Shown here piece by piece: positions 24,901 to 35,240 of a DNA stretch of 64,000 nt. How positions within the stretch are numbered: position 1 is the first letter of the stretch; each line of letters opens with the position of its first letter. Source of the stretch: Mobula hypostoma (lineage: Eukaryota); contig NC_086097.1 in assembly GCF_963921235.1 (NCBI RefSeq), positions 67,830,001 to 67,894,000 on the forward strand. Reading direction: 5' to 3'. The position numbers and the translations under genes are program-made. The notes under the pieces were generated by a model. The model was not told where the DNA came from. It did not search any database and was given only the letters and a program-made list of their open reading frames with translations.

Positions 24901-25140
24901 TATAAAATTATGATGAGTATAGATAGAGTGAATGCAAGCAGGCTTTTTCCACTGAGGCAAGGGGAGAAAAAGACCAGAGGACATGGGGTAAGGGTGAGGG
25001 GGGGAAAAGTTTAAAGGGAACATTAGGGGGGGCTTCTTCACACAGAGGGTGGTGGGAGTATGGAATGAGCTGCCAGACGAGGTGGTAAATGCAGGTTCTT
25101 TTTTAACATTTAAGAATAAATTGGACAGATACATGGATGG
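21976..25140 (+). pseudogene. CR1-B ORF2 (APE endonuclease plus RT), disrupted
   Basis: Frameshift near 22160, stop near 22214, 290-bp PLE+TSD insertion, G-run frameshift near 25005; RT region 23438-25014 is open. Confidence 0.9.
23148..23427 (-). mobile_element. PLE 3' fragment inserted in CR1-B, with mutated hammerhead (CTGACAA) at 23211-23246
   Basis: Nearly identical to 15268-15502; 10-bp TSD GATAATCCAA at 23138-23147 and 23428-23437. Confidence 0.92.
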
Positions 25141-25409
25141 GAGGTGTATGGAGGGATATGGTCTGTGTGCAGGTCAGTGGGACTAGGCAGAAAATGGTTC
25201 GGCACAGCCAAGAAGGGCCAAAGGGCCTGTTTCTGTGCTGTAGTTTCTATGGTTTCTATGTGCAAGCACAACATTTTGCCAATCTCAAATTATATCCAAG
25301 TAGCCTAACAATCTAATTGCCATAAGATCAAGTATAAATGAGTCCATAAAGCATAAATGCGGTCGAAACATGTCAAGATATACTAGCAAGGAAAGTCAAT
25401 TTTTAAAAA

Positions 25410-25693
25410 AATTTTAGTGATACAGCAGGGAGCAGGCACTTCTGGCTCTTCAAGGCACGCTGCCCCGGAAGCCACGACAAATCGATTAACACTAATCTCA
25501 TCACAGGACAATTTACAATGACCAATAAATCTACCCGGTGTGCCTTTGGACTGGGAAGAGACCGGAGCACCAGGGGAAAATTCATGCATTCCACAGGGAG
25601 GATGTACAGAGACTCCTTACAGATTGGTGCCGAATTGAACTCTGAAACGTCCTAAACTGTAATAGTGTCACAGTAACTGCTACACTATTGCAC
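25410..25693 (-). mobile_element. V-SINE (HE1-like tRNA-derived SINE)
   Basis: Reverse strand TAGTGTAGCAGTTA..GAGTTCAATTC (A/B boxes), V-domain GGTGCTCCGGT..CAGTCCAAAG..ATTGGTCATTGTAAATTGTCC, CR1-like tail. Confidence 0.8.
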
Positions 25694-25877
25694 AATTCTG
25701 TTTTAAATCAGCATTTTGAAGGTGGTTTTACAATCTTTTCCGGGCAGTACATCCCAAATTCCAACATCTTTTGGTGAAAATAACATATCTCAGCTACCCT
25801 TCAAACCTTCTGCCTTTTAATTCTAAATTTCTGCATCTTGGGTATCAACTTAACTGCTAAGAAAATGGGCACTTCCT

Positions 25878-25913
25878 AGTCCTGACGAAGGGTCTTGGCC
25901 TGAAACGTCGACT
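25878..25913 (+). ncRNA. Minimal type I hammerhead ribozyme (intact core, GUC site)
   Basis: AGTC-CTGACGA-AGG-GTCTTGG-CCT-GAAA-CG-TC-GACT; predicted cleavage after 25909. Confidence 0.82.
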
Positions 25914-25974
25914 GCACCTCTTCCTAGAGATGCTGCCTGGCCTGCTGCGTTCACCAGCAACTTTGATGTGTGTT
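25879..25974 (+). mobile_element. 96-bp PLE pLTR insertion consisting of a hammerhead plus 3' flank
   Basis: TSD ACTTCCTA at 25871-25878 and 25975-25982; sequence matches the right arm of 8141-8358. Confidence 0.9.
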
Positions 25975-26005
25975 ACTTCCTATTCTGTTTTTTTTTGCTG
26001 TCGCT

Positions 26006-26205
26006 CCAATCAAATCAGGAGTGAGGGAGGAGGCAACTCAAGTTTGTGAGTGAGACTTTAAAAAGGAATGCTCATGGGCTCTTGGTGTGTTTCCCGTGAT
26101 CCAATCGAGAGTGAGAGAGCAGGCAACTCACAGGTCTGTGAGTGAGATTTTAAAAAGTAGCATTCACGGGCTTTAGGTATTTTCCAGCAGTCCAATCAAA
26201 TAGTG
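26006..26205 (+). repeat. About 2.2 diverged 91-95 bp CCAAT-containing monomers in the CR1-C 5' UTR
   Basis: CCAATC starts at 26006, 26101 and 26192; shared GGCAACTCA..TGTGAGTGAGA.TTTAAAAAG. Confidence 0.7.
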
Positions 26206-27753
26206 ATTCATTAACAAGGGCAAATAAAAAAAAGTAGGGACAAGCAGAGGAGCCATTCTGTGAGTGGACCAGTGTTAGAGTGGGGAGGCTCATCAGGCTT
26301 CGGTGAGGTACGTATCTGGCAAGTTTCTTCTTCATTCTTCATCTATTATTACATAGCTAGAGCAGTGATGATGGGTCCAGGGGCTGTCTTGTGTTCTTGC
26401 TGTGAGATGCGTGAATTCTGGGAGACTGCCAACCTCCTGGATAGCCAGTGCACCATGTGTTAAGGAACTGGAGCTGCAGCTGGATGACCTTCGGCTCATA
26501 TGGGAAACCGAGGAGGTGATAGATAGGGGACAGGGTTTCAGATTTCTAGATCATTGGGGTCTCTTCTGGGGAAGGTATGACTTGTAAAAAAAAAAATAGG
26601 ACAGGCTACACCTGAACCCGAGGGAGACCAATATCTTTGTGGGCAGGTTTGCGAGAACTGTTGGGGAGGGTTTAAACTACCTTGGTTTGGGGATGGGAAA
26701 GTACATGATAGGGCTGAGATGGGGCAGTTGGTTTATAGGAAGAGGCAGTGTGTTATGAGACAGTCAGCAAAGACAGGGCAAAATTGCAGTCAGTGGGATA
26801 AGATGCAGTGAAACAAGGGGAAAGAATGAAAAAGGGTGATAATACAGGACTTAAGGCATTGTATTTGAATACACACTGTATACGGAATAAGGTAGATGTT
26901 CTTGTAGCGCAGTTAGAGATTGGCAGGTATGATGTTGTGGGCATCACTAAGTCATAGCTGAAAGAAGAATATAGTTGGGATCTTAGAATCCAAGGATACA
27001 CATTGTATCAAAAGGACAGGCAGGTAGGCGGGAGGTGGGGTTGACATAGCTCTATTGGTAAAAAAAATGAAAACTTTTTAAAAAGAGATGATATGATCAG
27101 AAGATGAATAATAATTTTAGGTAGAGTTAAGGCACTGCAAGGGTAAAAAGACCCTGATGGGAGTTATATACAGGCACCTGAACAGCAGTCAGGGTATGGG
27201 CTACAAATTACAATGGGAGATAGAAAATGAATGTGTAAAGGCCAATGTTACAATAATCATGGGGGAATTCAATATGCAGATAGATTGAGAAAATCAGGCT
27301 GGTGCTGATTTTGGCTCCCAAGGGAGAGATCTTGTAGGATATCTACAAGATAGGTTTTTAGTGCAGCTTGTGGTTGAGCCTATGAGGGGATCCGCTATTC
27401 TGGACTGGGTGATGTGTAAATAACCAGATGTGATTAGGAAGCTTAAGGTAAAGGAACCCTTAGGAGACCGTGATCATAATATGATAGAATTCACCTTGAA
27501 ATTTGAGAGGAAGAAGCTGAAGTCAAATGTATCAGTATTATAATGGAGTAAAGGGAATTACAGAGTCATGAGAGAGGAGCTGGCTAAAGTTGATTAGAAG
27601 GGAACACTAGCAGGGATGACGCAGAGCAGCAATGGCTGGAGTATCTGGGAGCAATTCAGAAGGTGCAGGATAGATAATGCACATCCCAAAGAAGAAGTAG
27701 TATTCTAAAGGCAGGATGACACGACTGTGTCTGATAATGGAAGTCAAAGCCAA

Positions 27754-28237
27754 TTCGAAGAAGGAAATCTGAGAATCGGAGTGGGAGTGTGGAGGAAGCC
27801 ATTTTTGAATTTTCCTTTTTTTTTCCATTGGCGTTCAGAGAGGCGGGACTGCGCAGGCGTGTGACGTCGGGCAGTGAAGCACGGAAGATTTAAAAGGACA
27901 GAAATCATGCTTCGGGTTTAATTCGAAGAAGGAAGTCTGAGAATCAGAGCGGGAGTATGGAGGAAGCCATTTTTGAATTTTTCGGTTTTTTTTCCATTGG
28001 CGTTCAGAGAGGCGGGACTGCGCAGGTGTGTGACGTCGGGCAGTGAAGCACGTTAGATTTACAAGGTGCAGAAATCCTGCTTCGGGTTTAGTTCGAAGAA
28101 GGAAGTCTGAGAATTGGAGTGGGAGTGTGGAGGAAGCCATTTTTGAATTTTTCGGGTTTTTTTCCATCGGCGTTCAGAGAGGCAGAACTGCGCAGGTGTG
28201 TGACGTCGGGCAGTGAAGCGCGGAAGATTTAAAAGGA
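27754..28237 (+). promoter_or_regulatory. Tandem 168-170 bp CpG-rich monomers (x3), putative internal promoter of CR1-D
   Basis: Units start at 27754, 27922 and 28092; each has YY1-like GCCATTTT, ATTGG (units 1-2), GGCGGG (units 1-2) and CRE-like TGACGTC. Confidence 0.75.
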
Positions 28238-28398
28238 ACACAGCCTCATACAGCGGGCAGCGTAGTTTGCGGGCGGCGGAGTGAGCCGGGAGCAGAGTGA
28301 AGGCTTAAGGGCTTCGGCTCAACGGGCTTAGGCGGAGACGGGCGAGGCGAGGAAGGTTTGGTATTCATTTTTTGTTGTTATTTGAGGAGAAGGGCAGT

Positions 28399-29334
28399 AT
28401 GAGTGTGAGGGCAGTTTGTTGTCCTTGGTGCCAGATGTGGGAGGCCCTGGAGTCTCCAAGCCTCCCAGACGTCCACATCTGCATCAGGTGCGCCGAGATG
28501 CAGCTCCTAAGGGACCGCGATAGGGAACTGGAGCTGCAGCTCAATGACCTTCGTCTGGTCAGGGACAGTGAGGAATTGATAGAGAGGAGTTACAGGCAGG
28601 TGGTCACACCGGGGCCATGGGAGGCAGACAAGTGGGTCACGGTTAGGAGGGGGAAGGGTAAGAGTCAGGTAATAGAGAGTACCTCGTAGGCTGTGCCCCT
28701 TGACAATAGGTACTCCTGTTTGAGTACTGTTGAGGGGGACAGCTTACCTGGGGGAAGCGACAGTGGCCGTGCCTCTGGCACAGAGTTCGGCCCTGTAGCT
28801 CAGAAGGGTAGGGAAAGGAAGAGGAGGGAAGTTGTGATAGGGGATCCGATAGTAAGGGGGTCAGATAGGCGATTCTATGGAAGCAGTCCAGAGACTCGGA
28901 TGGTAATTTGCCTCCCTGGTGCCAGGGTCCGGGATATTTCTGATCACGTCCAAGATATCCTGAAGTGGGAGGGTGAGGAGCCAGAGGTCGTGGTACATAT
29001 AGGTACCAATGACATAGGTAGGAGAAGGGAAGAGGTCCTGAAAGGGGAATATAGGGAGCTAGGAAGGGAGTTGAGAAAAAGGACCGCAAAGGTAGTAATC
29101 TCGGGACTACTGCCTGTGCCACGCGACAGTGAGAGTAGGAATGCAATGAGGTGGAGGATAAATGCGTGGCTGAGGGATTGGAGCAGGGGGAAGGGACTCA
29201 AGTTTTTGGATCATTGGGACCTCTTTTGGCTCAGGTATGACCTGTTCAAAAAGGACGGGTTACACTTGAATCCTAGGGGGACCAATATCCTGGTGGGGAG
29301 ATTTGCGAGGGCTACTGAGGTGACTTTAAACTAG
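28399..29334 (+). pseudogene. CR1-D ORF1: CxxC zinc finger/leucine zipper plus SGNH esterase, one in-frame stop
   Basis: CPWC..CIRC, LELQL; TAG at 28687-28689; VIGDP(S), VHIGTND, DGLHLN. Confidence 0.9.
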
Positions 29335-29339
29335 AATGG

Positions 29340-32300
29340 TTGGGGGGTGGGAATCAAATTAAAGAGACTAGGAGAGAGGAGGTTAGTTCACAACAGGGGG
29401 ATGGGAACAAGTGCAGAGAGACAGAGGGGTGTAAAATGAGGGTAGAAGCAAAAAGTAGTAAGGTGAAAAGTAAAAGTGGCAGGCCGGCAAATCCAGGGCA
29501 AAAATCAAAAAGGGCCACTTTTCAACATAATTGTATAAGGGCTAAGAGTGTTGTAAAAGCGAGCCTGAAAGCTTTGTGTGTCAATGCAAGGAGCATTTGT
29601 AACAAGGTGGATGAATTAAAAGTGCAGATTGTTATTAATGAATATGATATAGTTGGGATCACAGAGACATGGCTCCAGGGTGACCAGGGATGGGAGCTCA
29701 ACATTCAGGGATATTCAATATTCAGGAGGGATAGACATGAAAGAAAAGGAGGTGGGATAGCATTGCTGGTTAGAGAGGAGATTAATGCAATAGAAAGGAA
29801 GGACATTAGTCGGGAGGATGTGGAATTGATATGGGTAGAGCTGCATAACACTAAGGGGCAGAAAACACTGGTGGGACTTGCGTAAGGCCACCTAACAGTA
29901 GTAGTGAGGTTGGGGATGGTATTAAACAGGAAATTAGAAATGTGTGCAATAAAGGAACAGCAGTTATAATGGGTGACTTCAATCTACATATAGATTGGGT
30001 GAACCAATTGGTAAGGGTGCTGAGGAAGAGGATTTCTTGGGATGTATGCGGGATGGTTTTTTGAACCAACATGTCAAGGAACCAACTAGAGAGCAGGCTA
30101 TTCTAGACTGGGTATTGAGCAATGAGGAAGGGTTAATTAGCAATCTTGTCGTGAGAGGCCCCTTGGGTAAGAGTGACCATAATATGGTGGAATTCTTTAT
30201 TAAGATGGAGAGTGACATAGTTAATTCAGAAACAAAGGTTCTGAACTTAAAGAGGGGTAACTGTGAAGGTATGAGACGTGAATTAGTTAAGATAGACTGG
30301 CAAATGACACTTAAAGGGTTGACGGTGGATATGCAATGGCAAGCATTTAAAGATCGCATGGATGAACTACAACAATTGTTCATCCCAGTTTGGCAAAAGA
30401 ATAAATCAAGGAAGGTAGTGCACCCGTGGCTGACAAGGGAAATTAGGGATAGTATCAATTCCAAAGAAGAAGCATACAAATTAGCCAGAGAAAGTGGCTC
30501 ACCTGAGGACTGGGAGAAATTCAGAGTCCAGCAGAGGAGGAGAAAGGGCTTAATTAGGAAGGCAAAAAAAGATTATGAGAGAAAACTGGCAGGGAACATA
30601 AAAACTGACTGCAAAAGCTTTTATAGATATGTGAAAAGAAAAAGATTGGTTAAGACAAATGTAGGTCCCCCACAGACAGAAACAGGTGAATTGATTATGG
30701 GGAGCAAGGACATGGCAGACCAATTGAATAACTACTTTGGTTTAATCTTCCGGAAATAGTAGGGGACAGAGGGTCCAGTGAGATGGAGGAACTGAAGGAA
30801 ATACACGTTAGTAGGGAAATGGTGTTAGGTAAATTGAAGGGATTAAAGGCAAATAAATCCCTAGGCCAGATGGTCTGCATCCCAGAGTGCTTAAGGAAGT
30901 ACCCCAAGAAATAGTGGATGCATTAGTGATAATTTTTCAAAACTCTTTAGATTCTGGACTAGTTCCTGAGGATTGGAGGGTGGCTAATGTAACCCCACTT
31001 TTTAAAAAAGGAGGGAGAGAGAAACCGGGGAATTATAGACCGGTTAGCCTGACATCGGTGGTAGGGAAAATGCTAGAGTCAGTTATCAAAGATGTGATAA
31101 CAGCACATTTGGAAAGTGGTGAAATCATCGGACAAAGTCAGCATGGATTTGTGAAAGGAAAATCATGTCTGACGAATCTCATAGAATTTTTTGAGGATGT
31201 AACTAGTAGAGTGGATAGGGGAGAACCAGTGGATGTGGTATATTTGGATTTTCAAAAGACTTTTGACAAAGTCCCACAACAGGAGATTAGTGTGCAAACT
31301 TAAAGCACACGGTATTGGGGGTAAGGTATTGATGTGGATAGAGAATTGGTTAGCAGACAGGAAGCAAAGAGTGGGAATAAACGGGATCCTTTCAGAATGG
31401 CAGGCAGTGACTAGTGGGGTACCGCAAGGCTCAGTGCTGGGACCCCAGTTGTTTACAATATATATTAATGACTTAGATGAGGGAATTAAATGCAGCATCT
31501 CCAAGTTTGCGGATGACACGAAGCTGGGTGGCAGTGTTAGCTGTGAGGAGGATGCTAAGAGGATGCAGGGTGACTTGGATAGGTTAGGTGAGTGGGCAAA
31601 TTCATGGCAGATGCAAGTTAATGTGGATAAATGTGAGGTTATCCACTTCGGTGGCAAAAACAGGAAAACAGATTATCTGAATGGTGGCCGATTGGGAAAA
31701 GGGGAGGTGCAACGAGACCTGGATGTCATTATACACCAGTCATTGAAAGTGGGCATGCAGGTACAGCAGGCGGTGAAAAAAGCAAATGGTATGCTGGCAT
31801 TCATAGCAAGAGGATTTGAGTACAGGAGCAGGGAGGTACTACTGCAGTTGTAGAAGGCCTTGGTGAGACCACACCTGGAGTACTGTGTGCAGTTTTAGTC
31901 CCCTAATCTGAGGAAAGACATCCTTGCCATAGAGGAAGTACAAAGGAGGTTCGCTAGATTGATTCCTGGGATGGCAGGACTTTCATATGATGAAAGACTG
32001 GATCGACTAGGCTTATACTCGTTGGAATTTAGAAGATTGAGGGGGGATCTTATTGAAACATATAAAATCCTAAAGGGATTGGACAGGCTAGATGCAGGAA
32101 GATTGTTCCCGATGTTGGGGAAGTCCAGAACGAGGGGTCACAGTTTGAGGATAAAGGGGAAGCCTTTTAGGACTGAGATTAGGAAAAACTTCTTCACACA
32201 GAGAGTGGTGACTCTGTGGAATTCTCTGCCACAGGAAACAGTTGAGGCCAGTTCATTGGTTATATTTAAGAGGGAGTTAGATATGGCCCTTGTGGCTAAA

Positions 32301-32360
32301 GGGATCAGGGGGTATGGGGGGAGGCTGGTACAGGGTTCTGAGTTGGATGATCAGCCATGA
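29340..32360 (+). pseudogene. CR1-D ORF2 (EN plus RT), frameshifted
   Basis: NARS, ITETWL, SDH, NYRPVSL, SQHGF, GVPQGSVLGP and FADD spread over several frames. Confidence 0.92.
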
Positions 32361-32935
32361 TCATACTGAATGGCGGTGCAGGCTCGAAGGGCCGAATGGC
32401 CTACTCCTGCACCTATTTTCTATGTTTCTATAAAAGCAAGAGAGGGGGCATATAATTGAGTAAAAATTATTGGGACTTTAGAGGATTAAGAAGCTTTTAA
32501 GAACAAACAGAAGGAAACTTAAAAAGCCATGAGGAGGGAAAAGATGAAATATGAGGCTAACCTAACCAATAATTTCAAAGAGGTTACCAAAAGATTTTCA
32601 GATATATAAAGAGTAAAAGAGGCAACAGTAGATATCGGACCTCTGGAAAAATTACGCTGGAGAGGTAGTAATGGGGACAAGGAAATGGTAAATGAATTGA
32701 ATAATTATCTGCATCAGTCTTCACTGTGGGAGGCACTAGCAGTATGCCGGAAATTCGACAGTGTCAGGGGGCAGAAGTGAGTATAATTATGATTACTAGG
32801 GAGATGTTGGTTGGGAAGGTCTGAAAGTAAATAAGTCACCTGGACCAGATGGACTACACCCCATAGTTCTGAAAGAGGCAGCTGAAGAGATTGTGGAGGC
32901 ATTAGTAATGAACTTTCAAGAATCACTATATTCTG

Positions 32936-33030
32936 ACCGATCGTTTCCACGGATGCTGCCCGACCTGCTGAGTTCCTCCACCGTGTTGTGAGTGTTGCTT
33001 TGACCCCAGCATCTGCAGATTATTTTGTGG
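32936..33030 (+). mobile_element. 95-bp PLE 3' fragment (other subfamily) inserted in CR1-C
   Basis: GATGCTGCCCGACCTGCTGAGTTCCTCCA..CCAGCATCTGCAGA; perfect 13-bp TSD TCACTATATTCTG at 32923-32935 and 33031-33043. Confidence 0.88.
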
Positions 33031-35084
33031 TCACTATATTCTGGCGTGGTTCTGGAGAACTGGAAAAATACAAATGTCACTCTACAACGAGGGAAGAAGG
33101 CATAAGAAGGGAAATTATAGGCCAGTTAGCCTGACCTCAGTGGTTGGGAAGATGTTGGAAATGATCGTTAAGGATGAGGTTTCGGAGTACTTGGAGGCAC
33201 ATGATGAAATAGGCCAAAGTCTGCATGGTTTCTTTAAGGGAAAATATTGTCTGACAAATCTGTTGGAATTCTTTGAGGAAATAACAAGCAGGATTGACAA
33301 AGGAAAATTGGTGGATGTTGAATACTTGCATTTTCAGAAGCCTTTAAAAAGGTGCCGCACATGAGGTTGCTTGGCAAGATAACAGCCCATGGTACGACAA
33401 GAAAGAAACTAACATGGATAGAGCATTGGCTGATTGGCAGGAGGCAAAGAGTGGAAATAAAGAGAACCTTTTCTGATTGGCTGCTGGTGATTAGTGGTGT
33501 TCCACAGAGGTCAGTGTTGGGACCTCTTCTTTTTATGTCGTATGTCAATGATGTGGATGAGGGAATTGATGGCTTTCTGGCCATGTTTGCAGATGATACA
33601 AAGATAGGTGGAGGGTTATGTAGTGTTGAGGAAGCAGGGAGATTACAGAAGGACTTGGACAGATTGGGAGAATGGGCAGAGAAGCAGCAGATGGAATACA
33701 GTGTCAGGAAGGTCATGCACTTTGGGAGAAGGAACAAAAGTGTAAACTATTTTCTAAATGGGGAGAAAATTAAAAAATCCGAGGTGCAAAGTGACTTGGG
33801 AGTCATCATGCAGGACTCCCTAAATGTTAATTTGCAGTTTGAGTTGGGGGTGAGGAAAGTAAATTCGATGTTAGGACTCATTTCACGAGGACTAGAATAT
33901 AAAAACAAGGACATCATGCCAAGGCTTTATAAAGCATTGGTGAGGCCTCAGTTGGAGCATTGTGAGCGCTTTTGGGCCCCTTATTTAAGAAAGAATGTGC
34001 TGTCATTGAAGAGGGTTCGAAGGAGATTCAGAAGGATGATTCTGGGAATGAGAGGCTTATCATATGAGGAGAGTTTGATGATTCTGGGCTTGTACTGATG
34101 GAATTTAGAAAAATGAGTGGGGATCCCATTGAAACTTATCAAATGTTTTAAGGCCTAGATAGAAAGGATCTGGAAAGGATGTTTCCTATAGTGGGGGGAG
34201 CTTAGAACCAGAGGTCACAACCTCAGAATAGTGGGACATCCACTTAGAATGGAGATGAGGAAAAACTTCTTTAGCCAGAGTGGTAAATCTATGGAATTCG
34301 CTGTCACAGGCAGCTGTGGGGGCCAGGTCATTTTGTGTATTTAATACAGAGGTTGATAGATTCTTGTTAAGTCAAGGCGTGAAAGATTACGGGAAGAAGG
34401 CAGGAGAATGGGGGTTGAGAGGGAAATGGGTCAGCCTTAATCAAATGGTGGAGCAGACTCAATGGGCCGAATGGCTTAATTCTGTTCATTTATGTTATGG
34501 TCTTATAGTCTTATTCATCTTATTTAAGCCTCTTATAATTTTACATCACTCATCAGGCTCCTTTGTTCTGATGAAATCCAGTGCAAAAGCGAATCATTTT
34601 TATAGTTATAATTGCTTAGCCTTGGCAACATCCTCATAAAAATCCTCTGAAACTTTTTTTCACATCCATTTTACACATTGGTGACTAGAACTGAAAGCAG
34701 TTGGTTACACCTTACAACCACATCAGCTTTTTGAGCCTGAAATGATTCCACTGATGACAGTTACAATAAATAACCTTTGTCAAAATTTTTCACCTTTCCA
34801 TTTCTTCATCTCTGGACATGCACAGCGCAATGAAAACATTGCAGCAGTTACCCAAATACCATGTCTTTGCAAGATGTATATTAAAATGACTCAGACTGTC
34901 AGCACCGCGAAGGTTTGGAGGTGTGAATTTTGAAATAAGAAACAAAAAAATGCCAGCAAGAGTCTCTGAATTACCATCTGAAATCTGACAATGCCAGCAA
35001 TTTTCTGTGACCATAATGCCACCCTATAAGATACAATAAAAACCAAACGATTCAAGAAATGATCAGCAGCCCATTCCATGCCAT

Positions 35085-35240
35085 TAGAGTAAGGAACAGT
35101 TAAAGTTTCAGGTTACAGAGCTTTCATCAGAACTGATGAAAGATTATTGAACTAAAATGATAGCCTCGTCTTTCCCTTGCAGGTGCCACCATCATGCTTA
35201 ATTTTTGAAGAATTTTTGTTTTTATTTCAGATTTCCAAAT
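35085..35240. mobile_element. Old palindromic PLE relic with back-to-back hammerhead cores
   Basis: Centre CTTTCATCAG-AA-CTGATGAAAG; minus strand 35099-35133 reads GTT-CTGATGA-AAG..CCT-GAAA-CT-TT-AAC; tail TTTATTTCAGATTTCCA. Confidence 0.6.

Larger units (their letters stand above)
21770..25260 (+). mobile_element. CR1 LINE (copy B), 5'-truncated in ORF1, interrupted by a PLE fragment
   Basis: Esterase tail (DRLHLNHRG), EN (YFNARS, YYRPP, GDFN, SDH), RT (SQHGF, DFSKAFD, GVPQGSVLGP, FTDD); tail TTTCTATGGTTTCTATG. Confidence 0.97.
25700..25985 (-). mobile_element. Ancient CR1 3' fragment, continued at 34510-34710 after nested insertions
   Basis: GGCAGTACATCCCAAATTCCAAC..GGTGAAAA resembles reverse CR1 WN.LP region; continuation AAGCCTCTTATAATTTTA..GGCAACATCCT..GGTGACTAGAACTG. 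Confidence 0.5.
27752..32431 (+). mobile_element. Near full-length young CR1 LINE (copy D)
   Basis: 5' monomer array, ORF1, ORF2 and 3' tail GGCCGAATGGCCTACTCCTGCACCTATTTTCTATGTTTCTAT. Confidence 0.97.
25986..34505 (+). mobile_element. Older CR1 LINE (copy C), split by CR1-D (27752-32431) and a PLE fragment
   Basis: ORF1 zinc-finger start near 26371 with most of the esterase deleted; decayed EN 26850-27750; RT resumes at 32432 (NYRPVSL, SVLGP, FADD); CR1 tail at about 34500. Confidence 0.85.

Noticed and set aside
27607..28241. Repeated minus-strand ORFs and a possible CRISPR-like array
   Set aside because: Contiguous tandem monomers without unique spacers, in a eukaryotic LINE 5' UTR; no cas genes
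34897..34917. REST/NRSE-like TCAGCACCGCG
   Set aside because: Only the left half-site matches; the GGACAG half is absent
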